The notes under the pieces are model-generated. The model did not search any database. It saw only the letters and a list, made by a program, of their open reading frames with translations, and was not told where the DNA came from. From contig NC_086108.1 of assembly GCF_963921235.1 (NCBI RefSeq), positions 88,352,001-88,416,000 of the forward strand: a stretch of DNA of 64,000 bases, in the 5' to 3' direction. Below are positions 63,291-64,000 of the stretch, piece after piece. Position numbers and translations under genes: made by a program. Position 1 is the stretch's first letter; each line of letters opens with the position of its first letter. The DNA is from Mobula hypostoma. Its lineage: Eukaryota.

Positions 63291-64000
63291 AGTATATATG
63301 TACTTTGAGAATAAATTTACTTTGATTTTGAACTTTGAAATACAACAGAATTAATGAAAAGTTACACACAAATGTGACTGACAATCAATGTGCAAAAGAA
63401 GACGAATTGCAAATAAAATAAATGCATAAATAAATAAGACTGAGAAACATGAGCTGTAGAATCCTTTAACGCGAGTCTGCGGGTTATAGAATCTATTCAG
63501 AGATGAGGTGAGTGCCATTATCTTTGCTGGCTGAAAAGCCTGATGATTATAGGTTCATAAGTTCCTGAACCTGGTGGTGTGGGAGGTAAGGCTCCTGTAC
63601 ATCCTTCCTGATGTCAGCAGTAAGAAGAGAGCATGGCTTGGGGGTCCTTGATAATGGACACTACTTTCTAATGGCAGCTCTCTTTGCAGATGTGCCTAAT
63701 GGTACATGATTGAGAGCAGAAATGGCAGCTCAGTATTCCAGGATACAGATGCTACAGGTGTAACAGAGGTAGAGGTAAGTGAAGAGGGGGTGTACCATTT
63801 TTGATAAGGGAGGACATAACAACAGTACTTGGAGATGGCATTCTTCGGTACCTCATGAGGTCATATGAGTCGAAATTACACACAAGAAGGCAAGAGTTAC
63901 TACTGGAGCTGTATTATGGACACATACATAGTCAGTGGGAACTTGAGATGCAGGTGTGTAGAGAAATTGCTCATATTTTTTAAAAATAATAGGGTTGTAT

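Noticed and set aside
57010..64000. Further upstream CFAP57 exons
   Set aside because: I found no segment resembling the expected preceding peptide (KRIYDLKKKNQEL..FVLDYKIKEL), so it probably lies outside the window. A short exon could have been missed by eye.

Overview
This is vertebrate nuclear DNA, most likely a cartilaginous fish (ray or shark), inferred from the CR1-dominated repeat content and the gene sequences. Two host genes lie on the minus strand. The last five coding exons of CFAP57 (57006 to 33629) splice through GT-AG sites into one open frame of 233 aa plus stop. The single coding exon of TMEM125 follows (13790 to 13128), in the same order and relative orientation as in human. 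Most of the rest is nested transposable elements: many CR1 LINEs, Rex/Babar, a Nimb/I-type LINE, RTE, two Gypsy relics, solo LTRs, two Tc1 elements (one very close to Sleeping Beauty), hAT MITEs, SINEs and Penelope-like elements (PLEs). The most interesting signal is a family of short (120-440 bp) PLE-derived insertions flanked by target-site duplications (TSDs). They carry a minimal hammerhead-ribozyme motif (CTGACGA-A-stem II-GAAAC-GTC). Their truncation and inversion breakpoints fall at the ribozyme 5' edge or at the predicted cleavage site, and one copy sits in the CFAP57 pre-mRNA sense beside a likely branch point. Exon, TSD and ribozyme coordinates were counted by hand; LINE and SINE boundaries are approximate. 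All homology calls rest on remembered sequences, not on searches.
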